Assembly: GCF_036321535.1 (NCBI RefSeq) | Contig: NC_087451.1 | Coordinates: forward strand, 15,500,001-15,564,000 | Source of the DNA: Camelus dromedarius | Lineage: Eukaryota | Reading direction: 5' to 3' | DNA length: 64,000 nt | Shown here: positions 61,480-64,000 of the stretch, piece after piece | Layout: every line of letters starts with the position of its first letter | Position numbering within the stretch: the stretch's first letter is position 1 | The notes under the pieces: generated by a model | The model's database searches: none | What the model was told of the DNA's origin: nothing | The model's input: only the letters and a program-made list of their open reading frames with translations | Translations under genes and position numbers: made by a program

Positions 61480-63689
61480 AGTATGATATACTCCTTCTTG
61501 TCTATGTTTTGGTTTTGCACAGGTTTTGTTGTCTGTGCTTTTGGTGTCAAATCCAAGAAACCATTGCCAGGATCAAGGCCAAAATGTCTTCCTTCTATGT
61601 TTTCTTCAAAGACTTTTACAGTTTGAGATCTTTGAGTCCTTAATTTATTTTGAGTTGAATCCTGTGTATAGTGTAGGTAGGGGTCCAATTTCATTCTTTT
61701 CATTGTGGATACACACATTGCATGTTCCTGGCACCCTGTACAAAGATCAGTTGATTTTACATGTGGATTGGTTTCTGGGTTCTCTGTTCTGTTTCACTGA
61801 TCTATGTGCCTATTTTTATGCTGATACTTACTATTTTTACTACTGTGGCTTTGTAATATATTTATATATGTAATCATCTTCATTGTAATTCATGAATACA
61901 TTAGAAACTGCATGGATCTCTTTAATAGGCCATCTAGGTTCGCATGGGCACCTGCTTTCCACTCATTGTCAGAAAATCCAGTTTACTTCAGAACGGTAAA
62001 AAAGGCTAAGTAATATCTTAGTGTAATTATAACAAGTTTCTAACTCATAGGAAACCTGGAAGGGTCTCTGAGCCTCCCAGATCAAGAGACTATACTGTCA
62101 TTAACAGACCTGCCTACACTCAAGTGCCATCTAGAATTCCTTAAAAATTTCAGTGGGCTCCTGGGCAACAGAATATTCTATTACTCAGCTGGGTTTTAAG
62201 GTTCAGTTCTAGGGTTAAACACTGTGCCAAAACATTTTCAAGCTTCCAGACTTGTCTTCCAACAACAGTGTATTAATCACTTTACCAACTCTCCCTGCCA
62301 AATAAAGGACCCCAAGGCTCCTCTTCTCTCCTCAAATCAAGTTATTTGGAATCCCGAACACAAGCAGTGCAAACGTAGGGAAGTGGTCTTTCCCAAAAAA
62401 AGTGCAATATATTTTTGAATCAGGAATAGTGATGCTTCTAGCTTTGTTCTTCTTACTCAAGATTGCTTTTGCGTGGCAGAGTATATGATTCCATAGAAAT
62501 TTTGGAATTTTTTTCCTACTTCTGTTTTGAAAAATGCAACTGGAATTTTGATAGAGACTGCAGTGAATCTATAGATCATGCTGGAAATATGACATTTTAA
62601 CAATATTAATTCTTCTATCCATGAACCTAGGATGTCTTTCCATTTACCTGTTTCCACTCTAAGTTCTTTTATCACTGTTTTATAATTTTCATCTCTTGGT
62701 TAATTTTATTCCTAAGATTTTTATTCTTTTTGATGCTATCTCAAACTTAAAAGGGTCTGTGCAGCAAAAGAAACAGTCAACAGAGTGAAAAGGCATCCTG
62801 TGGATAGGGAGAAAATATTTGCAAAACATCATTCTAGTGAGTGGTTTTATCCAAAATGTATGACTCTCCTGTAATTCAACAGCAAAAAAAAAAAACCACC
62901 CTGACATAAAAATAGGCAAAGGGCCTGAATAGACATTTCTCCAAAGACATACAAATGGCCACTAGGTATATAAAAAAATGTGCTCTACATTACTAATCAT
63001 CAGAGGATGCAGATGAAAACCACAATGAGACATCACCTTACACCTGTCAGGATGGATAGTATCAAAAACAAAACAAATAAAACATGTACAAAAAATGTAG
63101 CAGTTGTCACAGAAAATGTGGAGAAAGGGGAAACTATACACTGTTGGTATGAATAGATNNNNNNNNNNNNNNNNNNNNNNNNNNNNNNNNNNNNNNNNNN
63201 NNNNNNNNNNNNNNNNNNNNNNNNNNNNNNNNNNNNNNNNNNNNNNNNNNNNNNNNNNNNNNNNNNNNNNNNNNNNNNNNNNNNNNNNNNNNNNNNNNNN
63301 NNNNNNNNNNNNNNNNNNNNNNNNNNNNNNNNNNNNNNNNNNNNACGTCCATCAATGAATGAATAAGAAAATGTGGTATACTCATACAATGGAATACCAT
63401 TGAGCCTTAAAAAAGGAAAGAAATCTTGACATTTGTAGCAACATGAATGAACCTAGAGAACGTGATGTTAAGTGAAATAACACTCTCACAGAAGGACAAA
63501 ACTGCATGATTTCTTTCTAGATATTTGGCATCAAAAATAGGCATACTCATAGAAGAAGAGAACAGAATGGTGGTTATCAGGAGTAGGAGGGTGGGGAAAT
63601 GGTGAATTGATTTTGAATGGGTATAAAATTTCTGTTATGTGAAACAAGTAGGTATTAAAGATCTGCTTACAACATAGAATCTGTGGAAA
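61480..63689. mobile_element. 5'-inverted (twin-primed) L1: minus segment 61480-62737 and plus segment from 62738; contains a 539-bp foreign insert at 61864-62402
   Basis: The minus segment ends and the plus segment starts at the same ORF2 consensus position (atcaaact). Confidence 0.75.
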
Positions 63690-63831
63690 NNNNNNNNNNN
63701 NNNNNNNNNNNNNNNNNNNNNNNNNNNNNNNNNNNNNNNNNNNNNNNNNNNNNNNNNNNNNNNNNNNNNNNNNNNNNNNNNNNNNNNNNNNNNNNNNNNN
63801 NNNNNNNNNNNNNNNNNNNNNNNNNNNNNNN

Positions 63832-64000
63832 TATGGATCAACCTAGAGATTATCATATTAAGTAAAGTAAGTCAGACAGAGAAAGAAATATCATGTGATA
63901 TCACTTATATGTGGAATCTAAAAAAAGACACAAGCCAGAAATGGACTAACCAACATAGAAAACAAACTATGGGTTACCAAAGGAAAAATGGAGCAGGGAG
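63832..64000 (+). mobile_element. Younger L1 3' UTR, running off the window edge
   Basis: aagtaaagtaagtcagacagagaaagaaatatcatgtgatatcacttatatgtggaatctaaaaaaagacac. Confidence 0.8.

Noticed and set aside
1-64000. CRISPR arrays, tRNA/rRNA genes, operon-like or defence systems
   Set aside because: This is eukaryotic, repeat-rich DNA. No regularly spaced repeat-spacer structure or structural RNA gene was seen.

Overview
Mammalian genomic DNA, probably camelid. This is inferred from the style of the young L1 3' UTRs and from seeing no Alu, Bov-tA/BovB, PRE-1, CHR-2, Can-SINE or ERE SINEs. The window is part of a class II olfactory receptor (OR) cluster matching the human 17p13.3 / mouse chr11 cluster. 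It has six single-coding-exon ORs: OR3A1/2/3-like (-), OR3A4 (+, 140-nt N gap), OR3A10-like (+), OR1R1-like (+, one premature TGA) and two OR1E (-). The rest is largely L1, HAL1, L2, MIR, MER5, MaLR/ERVL relics and about seven solo LTRs. I found no evidence of a new biological system, and the other small ORFs are repeat-derived or antisense noise. The best leads are: (1) a 246-nt, 243/246-identical tract shared by two inverted OR3A genes that are otherwise about 65% identical, which makes one of them a chimera; (2) an otherwise intact, CpG-rich OR1R1 whose only lesion is a UGA-C stop at a conserved Cys; (3) O/E plus homeodomain promoter modules and non-coding first exons conserved between paralogues; (4) several unusual TSD-flanked insertions. 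Repeat subfamily names and orthologies come from recalled consensus sequences, not database searches.
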